From Octopus sinensis (Eukaryota), in assembly GCF_006345805.1 (NCBI RefSeq), contig NW_021832000.1, positions 1 through 63,978 of the forward strand: a stretch of DNA of 63,978 nt, read 5' to 3'. The position numbers and the translations under genes were made by a program. This document shows, one piece after another, positions 1-12,983 of the stretch (position 1 is the stretch's first letter; every line of letters starts with the position of its first letter). The notes under the pieces are model-generated. The model searched no databases. It was not told the origin of the DNA and saw only the letters and a program-made list of their open reading frames with translations.

Positions 1-52
1 ATATGACAGAATCTTTATGGAAATCGATGAGGTAATATAATTTTAAACTCAC

Positions 53-103
53 CATATTGTTTTGAACAGAGTTGGGTCCTTTTGGCAAAATCTCTTCCAT
101 AAT
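53..103 (-). CDS. Candidate 51-nt phase 1-1 cassette exon DYGRDFAKRTQLCSKQY
   Basis: TATTCATTTCAG acceptor, GTGAGT donor, no stop. Confidence 0.65.
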
Positions 104-589
104 CTGAAATGAATATTTTCACGTATTACATTTTATTGTATGATTTGGTTATATTTCTTAATCTGTATTTTGGTATTCTTCGACATTTATATCTTAAATG
201 GTCAACGGATGATCACTATATCTTTGGTGAGTAACTCATACTGTTTAACACAATATTTAGAGCCTTCAAAATATGCGCAAATTTCCTATCTATCCCCTCT
301 GTATTCAGATATCCAGCATAATTTAACAAGATTGAAATTATTTAATTACCTCTTTAGAACAGTATTCTTCCTCTATGCCTTTCCTTTCATATCTCTCTGT
401 ATTTGAGCGAGTTTAATGTACAGATATAAGAGAGGAAAACTAAACTAATGAGAAACAGTGTTATAAAGAGATAATTACGTGAAGTAATTACAATATTGTT
501 AAATTATGTCGGATGTCACATTACAGTGCGGTGATATATATATATCAGTAATCAAGCGATCAGAGAGAATTCTGAGCGACATCATCACC

Positions 590-995
590 AAATGCAGATG
601 GAAGAAGTGTTGTATTACTCTTGAATAGTGTCCTGATGTCATATGGGCCGCATATCTTTTGTATCTTTTCGGAGAGGCCTTTCACATAAGGTAGACAGAC
701 TGTGGACAGTTTATTGGTTTCATCCTCTCTTTTCTTCATAATTGGAGTGGATAGTATGTTTTTGGGTAGTTGTTGCTTAATAGATTGTTACTTAGCGTGA
801 TCATTTCTTCGTTGTGGGTTTCACGATCGCTACTTATATTCTTTACTCGATGTTTTAGGCACTGAGCAATCCCTCTCTTTACACTGTAAGGATGGTGGGA
901 AATGAAGTTGATGTATCGTCCGGTAAAGGTCGGCTTGCGGTATACGGATGTTCTGAATCCATACTTGGTGCGTGTTATTAATACATCCAGGTTCG
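590..995 (-). mobile_element. Penelope-like element RT C-terminal fragment (copies at ~8305-8710 and ~18385-18785)
   Basis: LDVLITRT..FRTSVYRKPTFTGRYINFISHHPYSVKRGI...NNYP and LPYVKGLSEKIQK, typical of PLE RT. Confidence 0.85.
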
Positions 996-1676
996 AAATT
1001 TCCCTAAGGCACCTGATGAAGGCTGGAGGGTATATCAGACTAAACGTTGTGTTAACAACAAACAAGATGAGTTCTCATCTTTTAAATATCGAACTAGGCT
1101 CTCTAAAATGCCTTGTATCCTTTCTTCCTTCAATACGTGTGTCATTTCTTTGAATGCATTGGCTTGCTTTGCATCATACAGTCAGTATCTATATTTATGA
1201 ATGGGAAAGAGGCAATGGTTGTCTGTGCAACAGACGAAAGTCTTCCACTTGGATAAAGACAATGTTTAATGGATGTAGTGATAGATTTACAAGTCTTGAA
1301 GAAAGACAAGTGTTCAAACTCGGAATGCATTTCCTTGTACGTGAACAAGATAATGAGTGGCACCTGCTTGAATAACAACAACAATAACCAGTCAGTAAAC
1401 GTAGTAAAATGTAAAACAAACAAAATCATTAACTCACCTGAAAAAGTATAACATATTATATATCCCCGTTCAAAAAGAGAATATTCAATCTATTGTTTCT
1501 TCTAAATTATCCATTTTACCAACCATGTTAACTTGAGTGGATAATTTATGAAATGTCAGTAATATCGATCCCTTTAATATAATCAGTTTACAGCTAAAAC
1601 GTGCAATTGGAATTTAGGAATAGAACATATTCTTAATAATTCCTACGAACAAAATAGCTCAGGTAAACCTATTTAC

Positions 1677-1702
1677 CTGCTTGTTCTGAGACTTGGGAAA
1701 CC
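1677..1702 (-). other. 26-nt truncated cassette paralog GFPKSQNKQ (phase 1 to 0)
   Basis: TATTTATTTCAG acceptor, CAG|GTAAAT donor. Confidence 0.4.
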
Positions 1703-1807
1703 CTGAAATAAATATTTCAAGGTTTTTCAAATTTATAATAAAATATTTTAAATCTAGATATTAATAATATATATTTTATTATTGTGGGACTTTCTGATCA
1801 TCAATGG

Positions 1808-2150
1808 GCAGCCTGTGTATGGACAGCTGTGTATGCTACATAGTAGGGAAATGTATGTAGTGAACACAGAGGACGTGTAAAGGCTTGAACAAAATGGAAC
1901 CAGCATGCTCCACTGGATGGTCACTGTCAGTGTGCAGGTATAAAATGCTGACATGTTTTAAGATAAAAATCGAGAGTTATCACATGTATGTAGTACGCAA
2001 GACAGACGACTGTGCTAGTATGACCCTGTGATATGTATGAATAAGATCAGCTGTATAAAGAGCACCGATCTGTAAATGTGGAGAGAACCTCAAGAAAACT
2101 GGAAGGAAGTGTTGAGAAATGAGCTTCAGATCTTGAACCTGAGAGTCAAT
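1808..2150 (+). mobile_element. Degenerate RTE LINE 3' coding fragment (copies at ~9523-9868 and ~19599-19945)
   Basis: Aligns by eye to 39010-39360 of the RTE in this window (ATGCTACAT..AGT, CCAGCATGCTCC..TG, CAAGA.AGACGA.TG.GCT). Confidence 0.7.
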
Positions 2151-2699
2151 CGGTAGAAAAGCGGGTATCTTTAAGAGACATATGTTCCTCGACCAATGGG
2201 GGTGGATAGTATCTCAGAATAGGACGTGTCTTGGGTAGAGACCGCCCATCAAATACATTTTAGAAAGAACATCAGACGATAAATGATGAGGATGTATTCG
2301 ATTGTATTGTTATATGCAGCTAGTATTTATCTTGAAAGAGAAAGAGACAATGGTTTCTCAGCAGAAAACCAAAGTCATTACTTCGATAAAGACAATGCTT
2401 AGTGGATGGAACGATAAATTTAATGTTGTATCTAAGAAAAGACAACAGCAAAAATAAAAGTTTAAAACATTGTTAAAAGATATGAAGAGATAATATTTTG
2501 TAACAGCAACATCCGACATAATTCGTGATATAACAACTCAAATCTTCCTAATTTAACTAAAATATTGCACACAGTTCATACAACACCATTTCCAAAACGC
2601 TTCCGTCCCATTAATTGTCGATAAACACAGAAATAGCTACACCAGTCGTCTCGTTAGCTGAAAACACTGATATACACCAGTGGAGCTTAGTACTATAGA

Positions 2700-2911
2700 G
2701 AGAAATCCGTGATTATCTGGCAATGTTTAACTTGACCATTACAAAAGTCGTTAACACTAGAAGGAGATCAGATGTACAATTACAAACTGCACGGTGGAGA
2801 GATATCATATTGTACCCTGACTGCTACCACAATCCGCCGTACACAACAAAACGCAGCATTTTAGCAGTTCCTTGTGTGATGATTAACAAAATGAAAGAAT
2901 GGAATATCTGA
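2700..2911 (+). mobile_element. Possible very degenerate Penelope-like RT remnant (copy at ~10415-10626)
   Basis: LAMFNLTITK...SDV... and CYHNPPYTTKRSI loosely resemble FLDILI...TDIYYKPT...S.HP..TKRSI. Confidence 0.3.
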
Positions 2912-3369
2912 CGGGTTAGATCTGTATTTTTCACTGAGGCTATGACCAGCTACCTCTGGTTATAGATCTATTAAAGGGCTGAGTAGAAATTAAACTACAT
3001 GTGGTAAGATTTCTCTCTCCGACACATAATAGACATAAAAAATTGAGATAAGCCCGCCCCAGCACCAATTTTATCAGAGAATTAAGTAAATAACAATCGA
3101 ATAAACAAAACAGAAACGACTTTTTACTATTTTAGATAAATCAATTAATTACTGCACACCAATTTCTAATTACTGGACTAACTTCAAACAATCTGACACC
3201 GCGACATCAGGTATCCTGAAACATTGTACACTTGCACAAAACCTTATTAACTACATTTAACTGGTCATCTACATACTATTGCATAAACATATCCGAAATG
3301 ATACACAATAACTGACAATTAAGCATATATAAGCATGACGCAAATATAGATCAAACTGGAAGCATTGAA

Positions 3370-4470
3370 TCTGACGTTTGCCAGGAAGTTTCGAATATTC
3401 TCTTTCTTTTAACCCATTCCCATGTTTTCGTTTTCATCTTAATGCCCTTACAATTATTGGACAAACAGGCAGCGCACCAATGTCCAAAACTTTTATAAGT
3501 TTAAACCTAAACGTATGCATAGTTTCTCCTGCTACTTTGAACTTCACTTTGTTCTGCTGATCTTCCACAAATAACAGATTGTATTATTTATTTGCTTCAA
3601 GTCAAATTCTTCACAAAGTAATCAGTCCACCCAGGCTATCCAGAAATATTTGCATAACATTTTGGTCTCTACAAGTATTTTTATGTCATCCATGAATGTC
3701 TTGTCTGGTGCTTTCACTTGGGTCATTTCTTTTGAGCAGACTACTGATCTAAGTAACATCTCGAAACTGAAGGATTAATATTGTGCACCCTGCTCCAATT
3801 CCGATGACAGTCCCTGTAAAATGGTTTGTAATGAGCTGCCTTTTGAAATTGTTATAACAGCTCATCATCAGACCTTAAAATTGCCCCAGTATGTAAAAGA
3901 AGTTCATTGATTTCATCAATAAATTGTATGGTCCACAACCATATGCTTTAGAGCGATCGAGCCATACAACATTCCAATTACTTCAATTCTTCTTTTTGTG
4001 TTGATCCCAGTTTGACATTTCATGTCCTACAAACCAAGAAAGTCAGGGATTTCCAGTCATCTGAACACTTTCCATCACATATCAATTATTTTGTAGGTGT
4101 ATAGGTGATCTCTTAGCATGTACATCCACGTAAAGCTTGTCATTAAGGATTGAAACTAATTTCAATTGGCCAATTGATTGTGATTCAGATTCCTTTCAAA
4201 AGTGAACTCTTTCTGCCTTATATCAGTCATAAATCCCTTCAATTTTATACCACAAACCCTTACTATTATATAATGCTTATATAATGCAGTTTTTGCTCTT
4301 GCCCCCCTTCTTGCTGCAATCTCTCAGTTAAAAGTTTAATTCCTGACTTTCTTTGAGAATTTATTAGAAAGACATCAACGTTTCTTTTGCTTGTACCACA
4401 ATAAGATGCACCTAGGACACTTTATCAAGTGCTTTTAGGCAAGTATACCCTCATATAAAACCTAGAATGG
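3370..4470 (-). mobile_element. HERO/NeSL-like (RLE clade) non-LTR RT fossil; paralogs at ~11085-12250, ~14380-15535, ~21070-22000
   Basis: VVWLDRSKAYG near 3930-3970 and FMDD at 3685-3696; many stops and frameshifts. Confidence 0.75.
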
Positions 4471-5157
4471 TTAATTGAGATGTGTCTTCTATCCGTTCAT
4501 GACGTGGGAGCCTGGAAATCAGACGATATAGGATGAAGAGATTGTCAATTATTGTATAGTATCTTGCAACCAGTTTCTGTTTCGAAGTAAGAAATATAGA
4601 CAACAACTATCACAGAAGTAAGTTGGATAAGGGCAATGTGTAGCGTATGTAATAAAATATCTGTGAAATAAAACAGACTGCTTATACTTGAAATACCTTT
4701 CAAAGTACTTTTTTAGAAATATCAGCCAAAATAACAACATTAATCTATCATCAGCAAACATAATATAAAATGTAAAACAAAGAGAAATGTCATTAACACG
4801 AATGTTTATCGCTAAACAACTACAAATATTAGTTTTCTCTTCCAAAGTAAAATATTAAATCTATTGTCTTCGAAGTTATCCCTTTTACAAACCATGCTCA
4901 CCACATCGGATATTTTGTGAAATTACAATAATATCGATATGTTTTATTGGGTAAACTGGCAATATGACCATTCCGAAATATAATAATATCTGTTTCAACA
5001 CACGACTTCACATAAAAAATCTTGCACAACAAATATTTAATAGAATTATTATGCATCAAACTTTTCAAATGCAAAATTTGGATTGGAAGATGTTGTCAGT
5101 CATTCAGTAAAGTTAAAATTTACAGTAATCGATAAGGTAATGATATTTTATACTCAT

Positions 5158-5220
5158 CATCAAATGATTCTGTTTCAAGCATAGGAAAGTTTGGAGACAG
5201 TGTTGTTTGCGACTATGTGT
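5158..5220 (-). pseudogene. 63-nt dead cassette paralog
   Basis: Acceptor CCG, donor ATGAGT, in-frame TAG; paralog of 12921-12983. Confidence 0.5.
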
Positions 5221-6063
5221 CGGAAAAATATATTTTCAAGTTTTACATTTTACACTATAATATGATTATATCTATCAATCAAAAATATTCCATTACCGTA
5301 AGATATCTTTATTTTTAATGGTCAACGGCTGACCACTATGCTTTTGGTCAGCACGCTTTACAGATTCAATATAACAAAACTCTTTATTAAGAGCCACCAA
5401 AATATTAACTAATTTCGTTCTGAAGAAGAACTGACTTGGACAGTGACAACTCATCTAGTCCATAGGAGCCTGGAAATCTGACGATAAATGTCGGGGTTGT
5501 TGCCTGTGATTCACTTGCATCGTGCAACCTGTATCTTTCATGAAGTAAGAAAGGCAGATACCGATTATCACAGTAGCAAAGAAATGTTTTCTATTCGGGA
5601 AAAGACAATGTGTAGTGGATGTAATAATAAAATTACTACCAGTGTAACAAAACAGAGAGTTTACACTTGGAACGCATTTCATTGCAATTCTTCTAGATTA
5701 TGAGAAGCATCCGTTTAAATAGCAACAATAACAATAATAACCTTGAAGTAAACATGATAAAAAGTGTGACAAAAACAGCTGTCATTAACTCTAAATTTAT
5801 ATTCCTAAACAAATTAGCTTAGTTCTCTCTTTCTCAAAACTATACAAAATATATTCCCGTTTCAATTTTCCATTTTACAAACCACTCTAACCTCGTTGGA
5901 TATTTTGTGAACTTTCAGTAATATCGATATATTGAATAGAATTATTATACAACATTTCGAATCTAATTAGGATAGAATCTGTACTCAGTCGTTCTAAAAT
6001 ACAAAAGCTCGGGAGAAGGTGAAATGTATAGAAATCGGTAAATTAATATCATTTCATACTTAC

Positions 6064-6150
6064 AATCATTCTCTGATTGGTCTACTCCAGAATACGATTT
6101 AAAACCGGAATCGGTACTGGCTCCCGATACCATACTTCCTGTTGAATGTT
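6064..6150 (-). CDS. Candidate 87-nt phase 1-1 cassette exon EHSTGSMVSGASTDSGFKSYSGVDQSEND
   Basis: TATTCATTTCAG acceptor, GTAAGT donor, no stop. Confidence 0.7.
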
Positions 6151-6599
6151 CTGAAATGAATATTTTCAAGATTTGCGTTGTATAGGATGATGTGCTTATC
6201 TTTGTTAATAATCTATATTTCACAATTGTGACATATTTCTATTTTCAATTGTCAGCGACTGACCACTATGCTTTTGGTCAGCACGTTTTACAGTTTCAAT
6301 ATAACAAAACTCTATATTAAGAGCAACCAAAATATTAACTAATTTCCTATCTATACTCTTTGTATTCAGATATCAAATATAATTCAACAATATTGTAATT
6401 ATTTATTTCATCATTGTCTCTTTATAACAGAATTTTGCTTTTAGTTTTCTCTTTCCTTCCGTATTTCTCTGATTCTCAGGGTGTTTAAGGCACATGTATA
6501 AAGAGAAGATAACTCAACTACTGAAAAACACTGCTATAAAGAGATAATTACGTGAAGTAATTGCAATATTGTTAAATTATGTTGGATGTCACAATACAT

Positions 6600-6900
6600 T
6601 GCGTTGATATATGAAGGTTGGTCTCAAAACGAAGCCGGATTGGACCAATCGCATAAACCTCTTCAACAACACCTTTTTACCTGCAATTTACAACAGGTGT
6701 GAAAGCTGGTACACGACGAAGAGGGAGGGTGTGAGTCTGATAATGGCCCAAAACACAATCGAAAAATCGAGGTTTGGGAGTGTTGCTAAATTTGCACATC
6801 AAGAGTGAGGCGATCAGAGAGAAATCCGGTGTGAGAGACATCATCACTAAAAACTTATGCCAAAATTTCAGATAGGACAGGTAGCCAGCTCCCTGAAAAT
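6600..6900 (+). mobile_element. Degenerate RTE-type LINE 3' fragment (copies at ~13430-13730 and ~16680-16980)
   Basis: LFNNTFLPAIYNRCESW.T...SEAIREKSGVRDII resembles the RTE C-terminus (LP.L.YG.E.W...IR....V.DI). Confidence 0.65.
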
Positions 6901-7768
6901 ATTTAGAGATGCACAGTTGTTGAGAGTTATATACACGAGCAGAGGAGGTCACTGAGAGCGAATCCAAAAGTGAGTATTTGACGAAATACGACATCCTACG
7001 TAGGTGAGAAGGTCAAGATGAAGACAGAAGTGGAGGGTGCACTGTGATCTCTGGTGTCGTCAATACACTCAGTCAGTCGATCATGGTCAAGGTGGTATTT
7101 CTGTCACATCTATGACATAGCGTTTTCACCTCTACCATAGTAAACCTCACGAACCAAACTTCTCGTTTTCTGCTCAACTCAAATGCCAAGCAAGTGGATA
7201 ACCATATATCGATCTTCAAAAACTGGTTGCACCACTTATAGTTAGAAAAAAAGCACCAGCTCTCTCTGTGAAACATTGATTCTGGAAATTTTTGATTTTA
7301 ACTGCCCACATCAACCTGCGTAGTTGTGACGCATCTATGACATGGCGTTTTCACATCTACAGTAGAACTCACTAATCAAACAATCTTATAATTTTCTGCT
7401 CACTTCCAGTGTCAACAAAGTTAATCATCAAATATCTATCTTCAAATTCATTTCACTTTAGACTACAAACACCTACTCTCTCTCTGTGAAACATTGCTGC
7501 TGGTAATCTTTAATTTTAACTGCCCACATCTACGTTCACCAGAATGTCATCTCATGTAGAAAATATTTGAAGACCCCTGAATGAAATAGATTTCATCCCA
7601 AGTGAGTAATGATTAATTCTACACAGGCGTAGAGGAAAGAAATATCAGATGTCCCCCAAAACTGTGAACACCTAATGTACTTCATACAAGGTCATGGTAA
7701 ATTTACTATCAGTGAAATATGACAGAATCTTTATGGAAATCGATGAGGTAATATAATTTTAAACTCAC

Positions 7769-7819
7769 CATATTGTTTTGAACTGAGTTGGGTCCTTTTG
7801 GCAAAATCTCTTCCATAAT
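7769..7819 (-). CDS. Candidate 51-nt phase 1-1 cassette exon DYGRDFAKRTQLSSKQY
   Basis: TATTCATTTCAG acceptor, GTGAGT donor, no stop. Confidence 0.65.
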
Positions 7820-9391
7820 CTGAAATGAATATTTTCACGTATTACATTTTATTGTATGATTTGGTTATATTTCTTAATCTGTATTTTGGTATTCTTCGAC
7901 ATTTATATCTTAAATGGTCAACGGATGATCACTATATCTTTGGTGAGTAACTCATACTGTTTAACACAATATTTAGAGCCTTCAAAATATGCGCAAATTT
8001 CCTATCTATCCCCTCTGTATTCAGATATCCAGCATAATTTAACAAGATTGAAATTATTTAATTACCTCTTTAGAACAGTATTCTTCCTCTATGCCTTTCC
8101 TTTCATATCTCTCTGTATTTGAGCGAGTTTAATGTACAGATATAAGAGAGGAAAACTAAACTAATGAGAAACAGTGTTATAAAGAGATAATTACGTGAAG
8201 TAATTACAATATTGTTAAATTATGTCGGATGTCACATTACAGTGCGGTGATATATATATATCAGTAATCAAGCGATCAGAGAGAATTCTGAGCGACATCA
8301 TCACCAAATGCAGATGGAAGAAGTGTTGTATTACTCTTGAATAGTGTCCTGATGTCATATGGGCCGCATATCTTTTGTATCTTTTCGGAGAGGCCTTTCA
8401 CATAAGGTAGACAGACTGTGGACAGTTTATTGGTTTCATCCTCTCTTTTCTTCATAATTGGAGTGGATAGTATGTTTTTGGGTAGTTGTTGCTTAATAGA
8501 TTGTTACTTAGCGTGATCATTTCTTCGTTGTGGGTTTCACGATCGCTACTTATATTCTTTACTCGATGTTTTAGGCACTGAGCAATCCCTCTCTTTACAC
8601 TGTAAGGATGGTGGGAAATGAAGTTGATGTATCGTCCGGTAAAGGTCGGCTTGCGGTATACGGATGTTCTGAATCCATACTTGGTGCGTGTTATTAATAC
8701 CTCCAGGTTCGAAATTTCCTCAAGACACCTGATGAAGGCTGGAGGGTATATCAGCCTAAACGTTGTGTTAACAACAAACAAGATGAGTTCTCATCTTTTA
8801 AATATCGAACTAGGCTCTCTAAAATGCCTTGTATCCTTTCTTCCTTCAATACGTGTGTCATTTCTTTGAATGCATTGGCTTGCTTTGCATCATACAGTCA
8901 GTATCTATATTTATGAATGGAAAGTGGCGATGGTAGTCTGTGCAACAGACGAAAATCTTCCACTTGGATAAAGACAATGTTTAATGGATGTAATGATAGA
9001 TTTACAAGTCTTGAAGAAAGACAAGTATTCAAACTCGGAATGCATTTCCTTGTACGTGAACAAGATAATGAGTGGCACCTGCTTGAATAACAACAACAAT
9101 AACCAGTCAGTAAACGTAGTAAAATGTAAAGCAAGCAAAATATTTAACTCACCTGAAAAAGAATAACATATTATATATCCCCGTTCAAAAAGAGAATATT
9201 CAATCTATTGTTTCTTCTAAATTATCCATTTTACCAACCATGTTAACTTGAGTGGATAATTTATGAAATGTCAGTAATATCGATCCCTTTAATATAATCA
9301 GTTTACAGCTAAAACATGCAATTGAAATTTATGAATAGAACACATTCTTAATAATTGTGACAAACAAAATAGCTCAGGTAAACCTATTTAC

Positions 9392-9417
9392 CTGCTTGTT
9401 CTGAGACTTGGGAAACC
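9392..9417 (-). other. 26-nt truncated cassette paralog GFPKSQNKQ (phase 1 to 0)
   Basis: TATTTATTTCAG acceptor, CAG|GTAAAT donor. Confidence 0.4.
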
Positions 9418-12400
9418 CTGAAATAAATATTTCAAGGTTTTTAAAATTTATTATAAAATATTTTAAATCTAGATATTAATAATATATATTTTATTATTGT
9501 GGGACTTTCTGATCACCAATGGGCAGCCTGTGTATGAACAGCTGTGTAAGCTACATAGTAGTGAAATGTATGTAGTGAACACAGAAGACGTTTAAAGGCG
9601 TGAACAAAATGGAACCAGCACGCTCCACTGGATGGTGACTGTCAGCGTGCAGGTATAAAATGCTGACACGTTTTAAGATAAAAGTCGAGAGTTATCACAT
9701 GTATGTAGTACGCAAGACAGACGACTGTGCTAGTATGGCCATGTGATATGTATGAATAAGATCAGCTGTATAAAGAGCACCGATCTGTAAATGTGGAGAG
9801 AACCTCAAGAAAAATGGAAGGAAGTGTTGAGAAATGAGCTTCAGATCTTGAACCTGAGAGTCAATCGGTAGAAAAGCGGGTATCTTTAAGAGACATATGT
9901 CCCTCAACCAATGGGGGTGGATAGTATCTCAGAATAGGACGTGTCTTGTGTAGAGACCGCCCATCCAATGCATTTTAGACAGAAAATCAGACGATAAATG
10001 ATGAGGATGTATTCGATTGTATTGTTATATGCAGCTAGTATTTATCTTGAAAGAGTGAGAGACAATGGTTTCTCAGCAGAAAACCAAAGTCATTACTTTG
10101 ATAAATACAATGCTTAGTAGATGGAACGATAAATTTAATGTTGTATCTAAGAAAAGACAACAGCAAAAATAAAAGTTTAAAACATTGTTAAAAGATATGA
10201 AGAGATAATATTTTTTAACAGCAACATCCGACATAATTCGTGATATAACAACTCAAATCTTCCTAATTTAACTAAAATATTGCACACAGTTCCTACAACA
10301 CCATTTCCAAAACGCTTCCGTCCCATTAATTGTCGATAAACACAGAAATAGCTACACCAGTCGTCCCGCAAGCTGAAAACACTGATATACACCAGTGGAG
10401 CTTAGTACTATAGAGAGAAATCCGTGGTATTCTGGCAATGTTTAATTTGACCATTACAAAAGTCGTTAACACTAGAAGGAGTTCAGATGTACAATTACAA
10501 ACTGCACGGTGGAGAGATATCATATTCTACCCTGACTGCTACCACAATCCGCCGTACACAACAAAACGAGACATTTTAGCAGTTCCTTGTGTGATGATTA
10601 ACAAAATGAAAGAATGGAATATCTGACGGGTTAGATCTGTATTTTTCACTGAGGCTATGACCAGCTACCTCTGGTTATAGATCTATTAAAGGGCTGAGTA
10701 GAAATTAAACTACTTGTGGTAAGAATTCTCTCTCCGACACAAAATAGACATACAAAATTGAGATAAGCCCGCCCCAGCACCAATTTTATCAGAGAATTAT
10801 GTAAATAACTATCGAATAAACAAAACATAAACGACTTTTTACTATTTTAGATAAATCAATTTCTGCACACCAATTTCTAATTGCTGGACTAACTTCAAAC
10901 AATCTGACACCGCGACATCAAGTATCCTGAAACATTGTACACTTGCACAAAACCTTATTAACTACATTTTACTGGTCATCTACATACTATTGCATAAACA
11001 TATCCGAAATGATACATAATAACTGACAATCAAGCATATATAAGCATGACGCAAATATAGATCAAACTGGAAGCATTGAATCTTACGTTTGCCAGCAAGT
11101 TTCGAATATTCTCTTTCTTTTAACCCATTCCCATGTTTTCGTTTTCATCTTAATGCCCTTACAATTATTGGACAAAGAGGCAGCGCAACACTATCTGAAA
11201 CTTTTATAAGTTTTTCCCTGAATGTATGCATGTATGCAGTGCCTCAGCATGGCCACAGCTCATGAGCTGAAACTAGAATCAATCAATCAATCAATCATAG
11301 TTTCTCCAGCTACTTTGAACTTCACTTTGTTCTGCTGATCTTCCACAAATAACAGATTGTATTATTTATTTGCTTCAAGTCAAATTCTTGACAAAGTAAT
11401 AAGTCCACCCAGGCTATCCAGAAATATTTGCATAACATTTTGGTCTCTACATAGTATTTTTATGTCATCCATGAATGTCTTGTCTTGTTCTTTCACTTGG
11501 GTCATTTCTTCTGAGCAGACTACTGATCTAGGTAACATCTCGAAACTGAAGGATTAATATTGTGCACCCTGCTCCAATTCCGATGACAGTCCCTGTAAAA
11601 TGGTTTGTAATGAGCTGCCTTTTGAAATTGTTATACCAGCTCATCATCAGACCTTCACACTGCCCCAGTATGTCAAAGAAGTTCATTGATTTCATCAATA
11701 AATTGTATGGTACCCAACCATATGCTTTAGAGCGATCAAGGCATACAACATTCCAATTACTTCAATTCTTCTTTGTGTGTTGATCCCAGTTTGACATCTC
11801 ATGTCCTTCAAACCAAGAAAGTCAGCGGATTCCAGTCATCTGCACACTTTCCATCACATATCAATTATTTTGTAGTTGTATAGGTGATCTCTTAGCATGT
11901 ACATCCACGTAAAGCATGTCATTAAGGATTGAAACTAATTTCAATTGGCCAATTAATTGTGATTCAGATTCCTTTCATACGTGAACTCAGTCATAAATCC
12001 CTTCAATTTTATACTACAAACCCTTACTATTATATAATGCTTATATAATGCAGTTTTTGCTCTTGCCTCCTTCTTGCTGCAATCTCTCAGTTAAAAGTTT
12101 AATTCCTGACTTTCTTTGGGGTTTTATTAGAAATACATCAACGTTTCTTTTGCTTGTACCACAATAAAATGCACCTAGGACACTTTATCAAATGGTTTGT
12201 TTTAGGAAATTATACCCTCATATAAAACCTAGAATGGTTAACTGAGATTTGTCTGCTATCCGATCAAGAGGTGGGAGCATGGAAATCAGACGATAAAGGA
12301 TGAAGAGATAGTCAATTATTGTATAGTATCTTGCAACCAGTATCTGTTTTGAAGTAAGAGATATAGAACAACTATCACAGAAGTAAGTTGGATAAGGGCA

Positions 12401-12920
12401 ATGTTTAGCGGATGTAATGAAATATCTGTGAAATAAATCAGACTGCTTATACTTGAAATACATTTCAAAGTACTTTTTTAGAAATATCAGCCAAAATAAC
12501 AATATTAATCTATCAGCAAACATAATATAAAATGTAAAACAAAGAGAAATGTCATTAACACGAATGTTTATCGCTAAACAACTACAAATATTAGTTTTCT
12601 CTTCCAAAGTGAAATATAAAATCTATTGTCTTCCAAGTTATCCATTTTACAAACCATGCTCACCACATCGGATATTTTGTGAAATTACAATAATATCGAT
12701 ATGTTTTATTGGCTAAACTGGCAAAATGACCATTCCGAAATATAATAATATCTGTTTCAACACACGACTTCACATAAAAAAATCTTGCACAACAAATATT
12801 TAATAGAATTATTATGCATCAAACTTTTCAAATGCAAAATGTGGATTGGAAGATGTTGTCAGTCATTCAGTAAAGTTAAAATTTACAGTAATCGATAAGG
12901 TAATGATATTTTATACTCAT

Positions 12921-12983
12921 GATCAAATGATTCTGTTTCAAGCATAGGAAAGTTTGGAGACAGTATTGTTTGCGACTATGTGT
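12921..12983 (-). pseudogene. 63-nt dead cassette paralog
   Basis: Homologous flanks; acceptor CCG, donor ATGAGT, in-frame TAG. Confidence 0.5.

Noticed and set aside
140-406. 88-aa ORF identical in two copies (140-406 and 7856-8122)
   Set aside because: Identity reflects the recent duplication; the third copy is frameshifted and there is no recognisable domain.
1195-1300. Possible degenerate second RING (HCLYPSGRLSS, compare FFPCKHLSLC) in the last-exon paralogs
   Set aside because: Only a short nucleotide resemblance; the zinc-binding Cys/His pattern is not recoverable in any single frame.
4870-4940. PCG-H-MVCK-like trace suggesting a decayed RING exon in each module
   Set aside because: Needs several frameshifts and is not consistent across copies; a profile alignment of all modules would be needed.
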